Shown here piece after piece: positions 45,374-59,419 of a stretch of 64,000 nucleotides of DNA. Numbering within the stretch: position 1 is the stretch's first letter; each line of letters opens with the position of its first letter. The stretch covers positions 3,162,001-3,226,000 of the forward strand of contig CM035350.1 in NCBI GenBank assembly GCA_020137815.1, read 5' to 3'. The stretch comes from Hormiphora californensis. Taxonomy: Eukaryota; Animalia; Ctenophora. The notes below the pieces were generated by a model. That model worked only from the letters and a program-made list of their open reading frames with translations, had not been told where the DNA came from and did no database searches. The translations under genes and the position numbers were made by a program.

Positions 45374-46984
45374 CCACATGGGGTCAGCTGCCACATATGC
45401 TATTTACTGCTGTCTCACAGATCAGCTCTCTTGGCTGAGTGAGTTATATACCTACACCATTGCTGAAACTATCATCCGTGGTGTATAACTGTCCTAGGCC
45501 AATGCTCTGACCATGCAGTTCTCGCGTGCTCCGAAATGAGAAAAGGGTCAGGCCAATGACAGTGGTGTAACTCACTCACTCGAGGGGTATCAGACAAATT
45601 GAGTTTGCAGCTCCATTTCCAATGTCACATTTACTAAAAGTGACATTGTAAATGGAAGTAAACTTAATTTGTCTGATATAGGTACCCAGCCGTCTCGAGC
45701 TGTTGATACACACGAGCTATGTTACAGTGTGGCATGTGTATGTGAACAATATATGCATCAGCAGCTCTTAGGAGACTTGTTAATATATTGCACATAACAC
45801 TACTAGCTCGAGGTGTGACGGTGTAAAATTCTCTATCATAAGAAATGCAGACAGGTACAGCCCTGAATGAATCAGCTGCAGACTCTGCAGTAACATAGTG
45901 CAGAGTTGCCTTGTTCGACTCCCTTCCCCGCGCCCGAACATTAACAAAACAACTGCAGAGTGCAGCTATACTTTTTAAACACCCCGAGGAAGCTGTGTTT
46001 CAATACACATGATACCTCAATACCATAGCGTGTTTACTATTTACATTGTGAATATCACACACAGAACCTAAATAACATAACCGCTAACGAGTTGACAATC
46101 ACAATATGAATCGTGGGCGATGTGTTATTCAGTAATTAGGAGTTGTGTGATTATTAGGCAACAATGTTGAATCCCCACAAATCATAATTTTGTTGCCTTG
46201 TGGTCATATACCCTGTCAGCGCATTGGCCTGACCATATAATTCTAATTTCTTTCAAATAAGGAGCGTGAGAACGGTGGTCAGAGCATAATTAGCCTGACA
46301 GGTCATCGCCAACTTTATGAGCACGTGCTTGCCCCATTTTCTTAATTCTAACCATGTGTCATGATTGCCCTCGATTTTCCGAGACTCAGGTCGCCCCGTA
46401 ATTTTATGTAGTACCCTATGTGACACGCTCACTGCTCCAGTAGTCTGCTGTAAGTATACTAATGGTCCCCGGCCCACCCTACTATCATTATGATATATTG
46501 ATATGATGAGAGCTCCCTAAAGTCTAAACTATGAACAATAGATGACGATCAGCTCCTCTCTTCCTGTTAAATTTACTGTTCCCTCGGTTTCTAGATTTAG
46601 CTTTGTCGCTCTGTAATTTGTCTCGCCAAGAACAATTAGATATGTAATTTGGGTTTAATTAAGTGTCAAATAAGTTCCACTGACTATAAACATGTTTCAG
46701 GTACTTTCAGGTCTATATACTGAGGGCTGATATAATATTTTTTGTTATCCTCAGACTAAACTGCCCTTATAGTGTTCCCAAGATATATGCTCGTCCAATA
46801 AGCTCTTTGCCTTGTTCGACCCTCCCTCCCCGGGGTTTGAACAAAACAATAAGCTCAGGCAAGACTTGTTATATTACTCAACCCGAGACGAGTCCTAATT
46901 GTCGTTGTTCTTTGTGGAACAACTAGTATTATACGCGAATATTCTGCCAAAAAAATCCTATATATAGGTACCTATAGGTGTACC

Positions 46985-47076
<92 letters not shown>

Positions 47077-47534
47077 TGTGTGTGATGTGACGAGAGACGC
47101 CTTCAGGGAGAAGATTAATATATCAGTTCAGCGAATTACGTGGTAACTCCCCTTCTCGACTAGCTGTCAACAAAACTCAGATTACTAGTGCCGCCTCTGA
47201 TTGCACCAAGCTGAATACACCTGAGGTGACAGCTCGTAGGTACGGCAGGTAGTCCAGATCAACTCGTGTTAGGTCTGTGTGAGCAGCTGCTTTGGTGGTG
47301 GTCAAGAATCTATAATGCTAGTTAGACTCCCTCTCTACATATATTGACCATCTGCACGTGCGAGATAGACACATGGAGCTATTATAAAACAGGCTTGTGT
47401 CCCAAAATATTTGTTGTCTGTAGGCATATATTCCCTAGCCGACTAAAGAGTTCTTATACCCCTGCATGCCGTTCAGTGCTATTAATTATTCATTATAGTG
47501 GGACGTGGGTATTTATAATTGTAACACCAATTAA
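45374..47534 (+). repeat. Tandem segmental duplication, copy 2
   Basis: Colinear with 39832-42460; lacks copy-1 segment ~41260-41625. Confidence 0.9.
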
Positions 47535-47594
47535 CATAGTAAGGACTGCAGTGGTCGTAACTTACTGAATCCTTTTTAGTGGGCCTAAAGCAGG

Positions 47595-47617
47595 CTGTCA
47601 GGTCAATGCTCTGACAG
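47595..47617 (-). mobile_element. 23-bp solo unit of the CTGTCAG family with perfect 8-bp TSD
   Basis: AAAGCAGG-CTGTCAGGTCAATGCTCTGACAG-AAAGCAGG. Confidence 0.8.
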
Positions 47618-48342
47618 AAAGCAGGGGACCTATAGATAAGAGTCTTCTGGTCTCGATGCATCGTTGGTAATAAACCAATCAAATGGTTCCAGCATGATAC
47701 TCGATTCTTTCTTTGCTAGCACCCTATTTTTTCTAGAATTAGAAATAAAACTATGTCTTTGCACTGAGCACTCGGAAAACGTTACGTACAGAAGTTGCCC
47801 TTTCAGCTTTATGCAAATTGAACATTTGTTGTACACAAACACCTCACAGCGACCTAGTCCACTTCATTCTAAAGATATATTCCCTTGTTTTGTTAAATCC
47901 CTCTTTATTTTGTGGGGCGCAGTGAGACATAACAGGGTCGTGGAGCACGGCCCAAACATAATGTTTCTGTGACATAGGAATTAGGTGCAGGGTTTGTTTT
48001 AAGAGGTCCTTTGTTACACCAGTTCATATTGTCTGCCCTACCCGAACCTTACAGTCATTTAGTATGATAAAGGGATAAAGTTCATTTAGTATGACAAGGT
48101 TCATAGTATTAGCTCAGCTCCTAGCTATAAATTACCTCTGTCTACAACCCCCCCAACATAGTATATTTCCTCCTCAGCTCCCTTCACATGTTGGTGTTAC
48201 CTACTAAACACGTGCTGTCATGTATTATCCCAAATACATGCCTGGGCTATATGCAGTGGGTTATGATAATTGATACCAATCGCAATACTACTGTTATATT
48301 AACACCCTGGGGTCGCGAGTGTGTTACCATTACACCACCCAG

Positions 48343-48420
48343 CTGTCAGAGCATTGGCCTGACCCATTCTCGTTTCTCTCGGAGCGCGCGAGAACTGTGG
48401 TCAGAGCATTGGCCTGACAG
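48343..48420 (+). mobile_element. 78-bp CTGTCAG-family mini-element with 8-bp TSD CCACCCAG
   Basis: CCACCCAG-CTGTCAGAGCATTGGCCTGACCC...GGTCAGAGCATTGGCCTGACAG-CCACCCAG. Confidence 0.85.
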
Positions 48421-49761
48421 CCACCCAGCCGACAAAGGTATCCTCTAGGAATATTGTGAAGTTCATATCACAGCTGATCATGTTTCATGTGTGCCATATG
48501 GTCTGAAGTGAATCTTATTGTAGTTGTTGTGTGATTCTAGAACTAGAAGCAGCTGCTACTGGCGTTGGCTCTATCGATCTCTCATCTCTCTATAGTTCTG
48601 ACTTCTGGAGGAGGCATTATATTCCCTCTCTTTTATAATAGGGGAAGTCGCGCTATCCCCAGCTCTCAGTTGTATCAGTGACAGTATAATAGTGTGATTG
48701 CTCATAATGATGGACAGACTTGTCTCCAATTTAATCAAGGACCACTCCGGTTTATCAGTCTTAATAATAATCCCGGTATCCCTAAGCTAGGCGGGGGAGC
48801 TCTCATTGGTGGCATAAGAGCACTCATCACGGTGTCATAATACCACTGTCCATACTGATATAGGATCATATAAGAGCATTATATATTGACCGGATAGTAG
48901 GATAGCTTTATAACGGCCCGTCTTACTGCCCCTATACTATATTGACCGATCCGCCGGTTCTTATATTGCCCCAGTATGATATTAGGAATTAATATTATGG
49001 GGAATTCGGTTATATTATGGTTATATTAGGGGGAATTCGGTTTTATATGCCTTTGATCTAAGCGGCGATCATTATAATTAGCATAATATAACGAAGCCCT
49101 CCTAGATACACAGTAGTCTCGGTCGAAACAAAAAGAAGGGTTTGAAAACAAGTTTTTCAGTTCTATTGTTCAGCGTGAGAAACTCAACCCCTCCCCTGCT
49201 GCTGTACCTCATAATGCAATGTACCGATGTACATTGCACAATCCTTTGATCCAACCCTTAGACCAGATGAGCCTATTAAATTTCCCAAAATCAGTAGAGA
49301 GAAAAAGGGAGAAAGAGTGAAAGTGAGAGAGATAATTATAAAGGGACCTAAATCCTATAATTTCTCTGTGACCTATAATCTGATTCTCTTAAGGCTATAC
49401 CATTGGTATGTATGTGTCATTACACACATACATGTCATAATAAGGGTACAAAGTCAAGGCCATAATTACGGGGCCTTTCTCTCTGTATCAATACCTCACT
49501 CCTTCTCTCTCTACTCCTTCTCTCTCCTATCATCCTTCTAGTTCTATCTGATCTCTTCTCGGATTCCTTCTCTCTCAAATTCGAGTGCCGTTGCTAAAGA
49601 CAGTGCCATAGTACGAATCCCATTCAGACTCAAAATTCACATATAGGTCTTTAGGTTATATTACTGTATAATACGCCCAGCTCTCTTTTCGTTTTCACAT
49701 CTACATTTTGTCTTTCTACGAAAGTTCCATTTTTCCTTTCTTGACTTCTTGTACTTTTTTA

Positions 49762-49908
<147 letters not shown>

Positions 49909-51252
49909 TTCTCTCCAAGAACGGACCGGGAATGATCATTATGCGTTTATCCGCAGCAATAGCGACTATTTACTGCTCCTCATTTCGACATGATTTAGCA
50001 TTAAATGCACAGATCGCCAGCCATTCCAATATAGCAACTTCTAATCCCATTCCCAGTTATAATGATGCACATCCCGCTCTTTAATCTTGTTAATGAGTTT
50101 CAGGGCGCCAGAGTTCCGTTATGAAAAATACAGGTATTCACTTTCAGGTCCAAATATATTAATTCCCTCAGCTGTGAATGCATAATAATGTTTCACACTG
50201 ATCGATTCGAGGCGCCCCAAACATGCATAATATCTTTGAGTGGTAACATGAGTAGAGGACATGAATCGACTAATTTTCGTGTTGTCCCACCCCTTTATAC
50301 TCAACAACTCATTTCTTAACAACTCATTTCATACCACGCAAGCGTTTGTCTGTAAAAGTCCATGTTCGAAATGTTACTTTAACTTATTTTTTAAACTTAA
50401 GTAATAAGTAATAAGTATACATCGTTTTTTAGTAGGACTATAATGGTATATGAACCTTTATGGTACAATTCAATACATTTTTGTCAACAAATATAATTGA
50501 CTTTGATACTAACGACTACAGATCTGTGTTTGTAGAAAGAAAGGGCAAAACGCTATCTCTATCTCGCTCTGCCGTGTTTGTTCTATACTACACCAACCCC
50601 CTTCCGCTGCCGTTAAACGATGCCAGTATGGAGCCAGTATATCATATCTTGTTGCTTTGACAGCTCAGTAACAGCAATCTGACTGGCTAGTGCAAACAGT
50701 GATACGTTTCTAAGGTATTCCTGCAGTCTGCGAATCATCCAAACCTGCCAATCGTAATACAGAGAATCTTACATGTTATAATCAGTATCAACTATTCATA
50801 ATTCATAGAAAGGAAGAGAGTGATGAATGAAGCTTTTAACTTTTAACTTTATGTAGCACTTCTACGCTTCGATGATTATCTCTCCTTTCTCGACTGTTCT
50901 CTCGACTAGCTGATGTGATTACAACATGTGTGTGTTTCTTCTAAATACGCCCTTTATAACAGTGCTGCCTCTCTCATTCAGCAGCAGGGGTATAGTGGCA
51001 CTCCTTCGCTATTCAAGTCTTCTTGTGAACAGTCTAGCTCCCTCTTTATTCCAGGCCTAACCTTCTTTTATTCATTTGCAGTTCCCTTTGTTCATTTGTA
51101 AAGCACCCTATTATCAAGCTAGTCACTTTTTGTAGGGTGAGGTGCGATCTGTATATCACACTTAGTACCTTCCCCTACCATTCTTTACAAGGCTGCTAAA
51201 TATCTTCCCCTCTTTTATTCTCATCCCAAATGACGCTCACTAAAGTTTATAG

Positions 51253-51420
<168 letters not shown>

Positions 51421-51717
51421 CCCTCCCTTGCGAAGTTTTCTTGGCTCCAGTCCTCAAGGCAAGGTTCGCCCTTTGTCAAGACCCTTTGTCATGACAATAT
51501 ATGCATTGCACTGTATAATACAGCTCCATTGCTATACAAATCGCCCTTTTCAGCAGTATAATTAGGAGTTCCTCCTATGAATTTTTAATAAATCCCTATT
51601 ATCCTTGGAGATCTCACGAGCTAATTCTCTGCCACCTTTCTTTGCAAAGTTCCCTTTTTCGCTGTTTCCCAATTTCCCAACCCACTAGTATATAACGTGT
51701 CACTTCCAGATCCCGAT

Positions 51718-52803
51718 ATGACCTATGTGACTGATGACAGAACAGATTCAGAGACCCCCACTTCGCCGCTACCTGGCCATCTTTCCACGGGTGACACGGC
51801 GTGCGGCGTGGCATGTATTGTCCTATTTGTCGTTGGAACGCTAGCCAACCTACCCGCTCTTATCTTTTTCATCGGACAGAGACGTAAAAGCAAGGACAAG
51901 AAACGTGTATTTGATGGTTTGTTTATCTGTACATGTACCACCGATCTCCTGATATGTATTGGAATGCTCCCCATTGCCCTCTCCTTCTTAGGTGGAAGAG
52001 ACACGGGACTACTCCGCGATTCACCCTGGGTGTGCCATTTCTGGGCCGCTCTATGGTACATCCTACCCTACTTCTCGGTAGCGTGTGTTACCGTTCTATC
52101 GTTCACCCGTACCTATACCCTGATCAGGCCCCTCTCACCCCTCAAAGATGCGGTAGTTTTCGGCACTCTTGCTGCCTACATGATGTTCCTAGTTTTCCGA
52201 ACGGTCATCTCTCTCTTCCTCCGTCCCGCTGTCGAGTTCCTATACGATAGATATACGGTGATGTGTGTGGAGACTGTGGGTATTGTCAAGTACCCAAAAT
52301 ATGAGACATACTATGTGGCCAAGTTGGTCATTAACCAGATTCTACTGCTAGCTCCCGTGCTCCCCATCACCATCTCGTGTGTGGTGTGTTTCATTGTCTT
52401 CCACAAGTACAGACTAACCCGCCGGGGCAGCAAGCGAACCCTCCGGTTACAAAGTGAAGCTACGATAACCATTATAATGGTAACGGTTGTGTATTGGCTG
52501 TGTAACGTTCCCATGGTGATCAACTACATCGGTTTCCATGTTACCCGGAAAAATGAACCTGAAGATGATCCCTACTCCAATGTAGAGTTCCTGGAGTGGT
52601 ACAGCTGGCCCATCGTGTTAACGGTCAGTGTGGGAGTTAACGCCACTGTTAACCCCATTATTTATGCTACCAGAATGAGGCTGTTTAGGGAGTTTATCAT
52701 TGGCAAGGTGAGGGATTGGTTGCCATGTGCTAACTCCACAGCTTGGACCAGCCTGGATGACTCTCAAAACCATAAACTTACCAATATCTCTATCGACCTC
52801 TAA
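51718..52803 (+). CDS. Intronless rhodopsin-class (class A) GPCR, orphan
   Basis: Seven hydrophobic segments; TM1 GxxxN (GTLAN), TM2 D (TDLL), TM3 Cys (CHFW), SFTRT in place of DRY, ECL2 Cys, TM6 CNVP, TM7 NPIIY, helix-8 FREF. Confidence 0.92.
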   Translation: MTYVTDDRTDSETPTSPLPGHLSTGDTACGVACIVLFVVGTLANLPALIFFIGQRRKSKDKKRVFDGLFICTCTTDLLICIGMLPIALSFLGGRDTGLLRDSPWVCHFWAALWYILPYFSVACVTVLSFTRTYTLIRPLSPLKDAVVFGTLAAYMMFLVFRTVISLFLRPAVEFLYDRYTVMCVETVGIVKYPKYETYYVAKLVINQILLLAPVLPITISCVVCFIVFHKYRLTRRGSKRTLRLQSEATITIIMVTVVYWLCNVPMVINYIGFHVTRKNEPEDDPYSNVEFLEWYSWPIVLTVSVGVNATVNPIIYATRMRLFREFIIGKVRDWLPCANSTAWTSLDDSQNHKLTNISIDL

Positions 52804-53550
52804 AGGGGTATTGTTGTACCAGACACTTATCATTGTGAAGCGCCCCTTCTCTCGTTGTATGTACCTGTGTTTAGATGTTAACACGTGACACTTGGAATAG
52901 CTTGTATAGGGAGGAATCTAGTCAGAATTAGAGAGACGAATTATATTCTCTGTATGTGTGTGTGTGTGCGAGGGAGCTTGTTTTATCTCTTCCAGGGAGT
53001 GACGAAATGTGTGTTCGAAATGTGTTCGAAATATGTGTGGTAGATGGAGAAAACATGTGTTCAAGAGAGACAGATTGACAGTAAACTCTTAATTTGAAAC
53101 TATTAATATATCGGAAAAACAAATTTAACTACTTGGTACAAAATATATAACAACTTTATCTCTCACTCTCTCGGGCAATTTCGCACATTTTCTATCTCCC
53201 TCCACCTCAAAACGCTAATTGGCACACACCAACAACAGGCAGTGAGATCACACACGCAGTACCAAAATATATCTTTCCAAGCTTTCTCACACTCTCGCAC
53301 AAACACACATTCTCTTTTGGAAACTTCAGTGAAATATTAACAAACAGATATATGAGCTGAAGAAGGTCGGGTATCATGGAAAGGAGCAGCTGGGGGAATA
53401 TAATTTAGAACTTTAATTGGCCGTGGTAAGAATTGTAACAAACAATAGTCCTATATCAGTTCATGGACATGCTGAAGCAGATGCCCTGTGACTATTTTCA
53501 CTCTTGTATAATCGCCCTAGAACAGAACTATCATAGTAGGAACAAGCCCT

Positions 53551-54343
53551 TAGTAGAGTCGATAACTACATCGACCTCTCCCAATTGTTCCAGTTTTTGT
53601 CACATCTGTTTGGAGCCTCGACACGACCTCTAAACAGGTGTTACTTTTTCACAAACTGTTTTCATCTTGGTGTAATCAGCAGTTGAAATGTTGTTGATCA
53701 TAACAAAAACCTAACTATTTTTTTTCAACTTGGGGTAAAACCATGGGTGTCAAAAGTTAGCTCTAGGTCCCCTGAGTAACCATCCGGAGACTCTAAGAGA
53801 TATTTCAAGCCGTTCTCCCGTAATCATTAATCCCGGTGGAGAAAAAAATACAATGCGGACGTACGTGAGCGCTGGCAGGCTGTTTACATGTTATTGCATG
53901 TCTCTCACTCTCTCTGGAAAAACCGCACGTGCGGTTGCGCCGCGCGAGATAACTCTTTCTCAAGGGGGAGAAAAGAGAGAGACGCACATTAACGTTATAC
54001 ATTAAAGTTGAGGTTGTAGGCAATTGCACGTACGTCCTTACTCAAATATGTGCTCTACCGGGATTAATGATTACAGGAGAACGGCTTGAAATATCTCTTA
54101 GAGTCTCCAGATGGTTACTCAGGGGACCTAGAGCTAACTTTTGACACCCATGGTTTTACCCCAAGTTGAAAAAAAATAGTTAGGTTTTTGTTATGATCAA
54201 CAACATTTCAACTGCTGATTACACCAAGATGAAAACAGTTTGTGAAAAAGTAACACCTGTTTAGAGGTCGTGTCGAGGCTCCAAACAGATGTGACAAAAA
54301 CTGGAACAATTGGGAGAGGTCGATGTAGTTATCGACTCTACTA
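53551..54343. mobile_element. Foldback element with ~290-bp near-perfect inverted arms
   Basis: 53551-53837 is the reverse complement of ~54057-54343. Confidence 0.9.
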
Positions 54344-54469
54344 CCTCACAAAACAAATCTTAAATCTACTCTGCAGTAGGGATGCGTGGTTTTTCGTTTT
54401 GTTGATGTTTTGTGAAGGTTTGCTCCCCGACTCGATAAGTTTTGGAACTCTGCCGAGCACAGACCCATT

Positions 54470-56216
54470 TTAGCTATCCTTCTGCTTTTGGAGGAAGAGA
54501 GACAGACATCCGAAGAAGATGGCGAGGACGATGGAACCGGTGGAGGCTAGACCGAGAAGGAAGGCCCACCCGAGTTCACAATCACCCAGTTTAAATGGCT
54601 CCAGTTCATCTCCACAGTATCCCTCTCCACGACACTTGAACTCATCTTTGTCCCAGCTAAGAACCCACAGGAGAATAGCCACACCGTTGATGATCACTGG
54701 AGAAAGAGGGAAGGGAGTTAGTTTTTAAAGTGGAGTTTCATGTTTGGGTGGTGACAAGTGTCATTGGTAGAAGTGAACACTCGTTCGGCAGAGCAAGTGA
54801 GCACGGGAAGTTGATGGAATGTTGGATGTTTGATTCTGTGCCCAAAAGTACACATATATATAAGCCCAGATCTAGCGGAGAAATTTGTTGAGTGAGTAGT
54901 ATGGTGTACAGATGGTCGAGTTGGAGTGTGTGCCTGGTAATCACTGCAAGATGACTGTATATAATGACGTTATATAATTGGCCAATTAACTCACGACAGA
55001 AGAGTTGGACAATTGAGATGAGAAGATAGGTAGAGACGTCACACATGTAGCCATAGCACAGAGAGATAGCAGAGAAGATCCAGCTGACCAGGAGAATGAC
55101 AGTTCCAGCACCGAACAGAACAGAGGAAACCTGAAGTGGTGGTGGTTAAAGTACGTGGTTAGTTAGGAGTTCGTAAAATCTGGAAATTGGTATAAGTATT
55201 TGCTCTTATTTCATGATGTTATAACCTAATTGCTCTAGTAATCAAAGATATCAAAGTTAACCACCCATTCATCTATATACTTATAGGACCTCTAGGTTAT
55301 AACACATGAACTTGACTATACCTTTCCAAAGACGGTAGGGATGGCAGAGAAATCAGTGTAGAGTGGGCACCTAACAAGATGGGCTTCTTTCTCGAAATTC
55401 AACCTGAAATTTAGTTATTTTGATTGATAATAACGTTGGGTAATCATTTCCCTCATTTTTTGTCAGAGTATTGGCAGCTGACAAACTCCACTTACACCAC
55501 ACTTTCGTTGACGTGGGGTAGGTTGTTGTAAGGAATACAGTAGCTCATAATTCCACAGGCCGCATGGTTATCAATCGTCAAAGCACGCTGGATGTCTGCG
55601 AAGTTGTTATCCTGCAATGGAGAGAGATCATGATATTGTGCAAGAAATATCTCTTGTGCTATGATAGTGAATGGATTAGCTGCTGTTCCAAACTATTGTC
55701 GTTTACTATTTTGAGGTTAGGAGATTCTGCTAGATGGGCCTATGCCTAGATCATCTAGGCGTAGGTATTTAGCAGAACTCGCATACTGATCTAGTAGATG
55801 AATATGCGAGTTTTTGAACACCATCTCTGGCGTGATCACACTCAAATTGAGATGTGAGAGCATAATTTACAATATGATGATCTCTCTATTTGCATAATTG
55901 TGTTTCAGCAAAGAGTACTGAAATCTTTGCATGTTGGTCATTTGAATCACTTGGTATTTGGAGAGTTGGTGTATCTAGTCGCATAGCGTAGAGAATATAG
56001 GGACTGGTACATTTAAATGCATTTCTGATTTGTGACCCATACAGTGTGTAAATCACGAATTATCATTACTATACAACTAACCTTTTCAATTGTGATGGGT
56101 TTTTCATTGGTTTTCACAAGCCAGAAAGGCATGAAGAAGGAGACGATACTCCCCACAACAATGAAAAAACTGAGGGTGCACCATACACCGGCAGTAGCTT
56201 TGTAGGCGTATACCAT
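54470..56216 (-). CDS. LHFPL: LHFPL/TMHS-family tetraspan membrane protein
   Basis: Exons 56216-56082, 55611-55496, 55403-55322, 55130-54995, 54696-54470 with consistent phases; motifs GVWCTLS..VSFFMPFWL, CPLYTDFSAIPT, YCGDELEPFKLGDCELGWAF. Confidence 0.88.
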
Positions 56217-56902
56217 TTTGTGTCCTAGATCACACTGTAACTATCAGTTAGGGAGTTAGTTGGGTTAGAAAATATTAGGAATCAGTAGCACGGCGTGGAC
56301 TCGTGGTGTAATGGCTATCAAATTGGGCAGTTCAAGGATACTTCCGGTATGAAAACAGGCAAAGGGGCTGCATGTACAACAGTAGTGGGCGAGAAATTGA
56401 ATATAATGCGGCGGAAAAACAGACTGCACGATACACTATATTAGTGGCCCGGGGCTTCCCCCGGGGTTGAGTGCTGCAGTTGACCCAGCTGGGACGCGGT
56501 ATTCGCAAGAGAGCTTCAGTGTGAAACTTTCAGAAAGGAAGCTTCAAATAAAATTAAATGTGGTAGACGGGAAAGGAAAAAAAGGAGAGGCATGTGTGAC
56601 TTGACGGTTGCTGCGAAATTAGCGCTATTTCTGCTTCTATCCTACCACTAGCTGCAACTAGCTGTTTGCTATCTCTTATCAGCACTTTATTAGGGTGGGA
56701 CTTTTAAAAGTCTGGGGAGGGTGGTGGTATTGGGGGGGTGGAAACCTAAAAAAGGGGGCTGGGTGAGGTTGTACCCGGGGATGTGTATTTCCACTTTGGG
56801 AAAATTTCAAATTTAAAAAAGGGTCATAGAGGGGGTATTACCTGAACTCGGGAGGCGAAATGGGATAAGGAACAGTTCAGATGTGTGAGAGAGGGGGAAA
56901 AG

Positions 56903-56939
<37 letters not shown>

Positions 56940-58119
56940 CGAGAGAGAGGAGAGGATGAGATAGAGAAGAGAAAGATATATCTCCGATACATATCTCTAT
57001 CTATCATTCTATCCTCTCTCTTCTCTCTCTCCTCTCTCTTCTTCTCGTCATCTCTTCGTCTCTCTGCTCTCTCATCTCTCTCTGTGCACTCCGCCGTCTC
57101 TCCTTGTTGTTTCTGCTATCCCGTTTCCCTTGGGGATTTGTGGGGAAATCTTTTCCTGTTATGGATTCAGTGCAGGGCTTGGGTGGGGCATCATGTGGGT
57201 TCGTTTGGGTCCTGTTCGTTGTCTACTTCATTAGTATTGCTGCATGTGTCACACCACTCAATATCAACGGTCACATGTGGATGGGAGAGAGTATCGCGAT
57301 AGAGAGTAGATGAGATGGTTTGAATTGGTTACACATCATTCCCGCTACTGCACGTCTGTATCATTACTACCTACGGCACAATAAAATAGAGCAGGCCCTC
57401 GCAATATAAACTAATAAGAACAGTCTATAGAACATCAAGAATCATTAGCCTTTTCCAGTTTTGAGCAGCTAGTTGACAGAGTAAGTTTTTTATCGCGTCT
57501 GATGAGTTAGAAAAGAGATAGATGGAGAAAAGGGAGTGAGGGTGCACTTTGTCACTGTCAGCTCAGACCATCAACGCGTCAATAACTCTGATTCTAAGGA
57601 AATAAGGAACACACCACAATGCCAACAGTGACTAACAGCAAATTAGCACACAACCAGGAGCTGTTATAGAAAGAGAGAGAGGAAGGGGAGAGGAAGAGAG
57701 AGAGAAGAGAGAGAGCGAGAGAGGAGAGAAAGAGAAGAGGAAAATAGAGAGAGAGAGAGTCAACCGAAAGTATGTGCGGTACATTTAGAAGCAGGTCCCT
57801 TCCCCCGTCCCCTAGAGTTTATACTGCCGCATTTGTCATTGTGGCATATACTAATTTCGGATTTTCCACTTTTAGCAATTTATAATTCCTTATATTTGAC
57901 ATTACCACAACTCACAAGGAAATTGCGCTGGAAAAGAGAGGGGGACCAACATGAAAATCCATTTATAAACCTTGGCAGGAATTATACTAAAACACATGCT
58001 AAGGCTACAAGCAGAGAGGCAGCTTTAATGAACCAATATACACATGGCATGGGACAATGTAGCGGTAAACTGTAATCGGCGGAAGAAGAAAGGAAGGAGA
58101 GAGAGAAGAGAGAGAGAGA

Positions 58120-58132
58120 TCTATCTCTCTCT

Positions 58133-58206
<74 letters not shown>

Positions 58207-58210
58207 CTCT
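58120..58210. repeat. (CT)n microsatellite
   Basis: Dinucleotide run. Confidence 0.85.
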
Positions 58211-58677
58211 ATCCGTCTAGTTACAATACCCTGTCCCTCCTTCTCGAAGCACGGTCAGGCACTGTGGTGCGCTTCACAAATTCAGCGGAAACGAAAATGC
58301 CCAACAGTGAAGTGTAGTGGTGAATTAGTGAACTGAATTTGCACTGTAAAATTTGTGCCGGCTGTGTATCTCTATTTCATACAGCGAAATAGAAAAGACA
58401 GCAGCTCCAGAGAATCGCTTAGACAGACACAACTGCAATACAGATATTGCTCCCAAGAATTAGGTACAACCCGCACAGAGTGACTAGTTATAGTACAGAA
58501 CTTCACGATACAAAATGGAATTGTGTGTGTGGTGGAGTAAAGTTGATATTGAGGGGGACGGTGTAACACGATCTAGGATTGGAGTGAGATGGGAATGAGA
58601 TCTAGGGACCCAATTAGTTGACAGTAACTGAGACTACCAGTCAAGTACTATCCAGCTCATCTTAAATTCCCTCTCTT

Positions 58678-58700
58678 CTGTCAGAGCATTGGCCTGACAG
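58678..58700 (+). mobile_element. 23-bp solo unit of the CTGTCAG family, near-perfect 8-bp TSD
   Basis: CCTCTCTT-CTGTCAGAGCATTGGCCTGACAG-TCTCTCTT. Confidence 0.7.
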
Positions 58701-59003
58701 TCTCTCTTTGACATATCGGACATGAGAAAATCCCTCTTTTCTTGAGGAGGGACCGGGGTGACCCCCGACCCCTGTGGTGAACTGGCGTGGTTCAGAGTTT
58801 GAACCACCCCTCCACATTTCTCTGTGTCCACCGCGGAAATGAGCTAACCCTATTTTAGTCTTTAGAGGTTAATAAACAATAGCCGGTAATGCAACGTACA
58901 ACCCTGACCTAACCGCGGTAGTGTAATTCCACCTTAGATAGACCAGTCAGGTGTTCTCTCTCCCCATTTCTCTCTCTCTGTAGGAATGCTAACAAAGCAT
59001 ATC

Positions 59004-59091
59004 CTGTCAGAGCATTGGCCTGACCCTATTCTCATTTCTCTCAAATAAGGATCAGCGCACGAGAACTGTGGTCAGAGGATTGGCCTGACAG
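59004..59091 (+). mobile_element. CTGTCAG-family mini-element
   Basis: Two direct GTCAGAG(C/G)ATTGGCCTGAC units with the same internal spacer; TSD unclear. Confidence 0.75.
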
Positions 59092-59419
59092 ATCCATCCG
59101 AAACCGACAACCGTTAAACAATTGTAAACACAAGATCTGATGTTTCCAGCAAACAAATACGTCTGTTATTGGTCAGACGTTAAATTCCACAGTACTTTCA
59201 TAATAATAAACACACTACTCGTCACCGTTCAAGACGTGACTTAACTTACAGACGCGACACTTTGACACATTTCAACTCCCTTAAAATGATAAGTAGATCT
59301 TAATTATAACTAAATAAGGGGACGAAATATGTCAAAATTTAAACTGAATAGCGATTTAACTATTTACAACATAATAATGTTTCCCCGAAATTCAATTGTC
59401 CCTCTATCTCTCTCTCTCC

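Noticed and set aside
56298-56350. tRNA-like 5' arm (GACTCGTGGTGTAATGGCTATCA)
   Set aside because: No anticodon arm, T-arm or acceptor stem
56700-56870. G-rich stretch suggestive of G4 or regulatory DNA (similar noise at 43050-43300)
   Set aside because: Inflated homopolymers look like low-quality consensus
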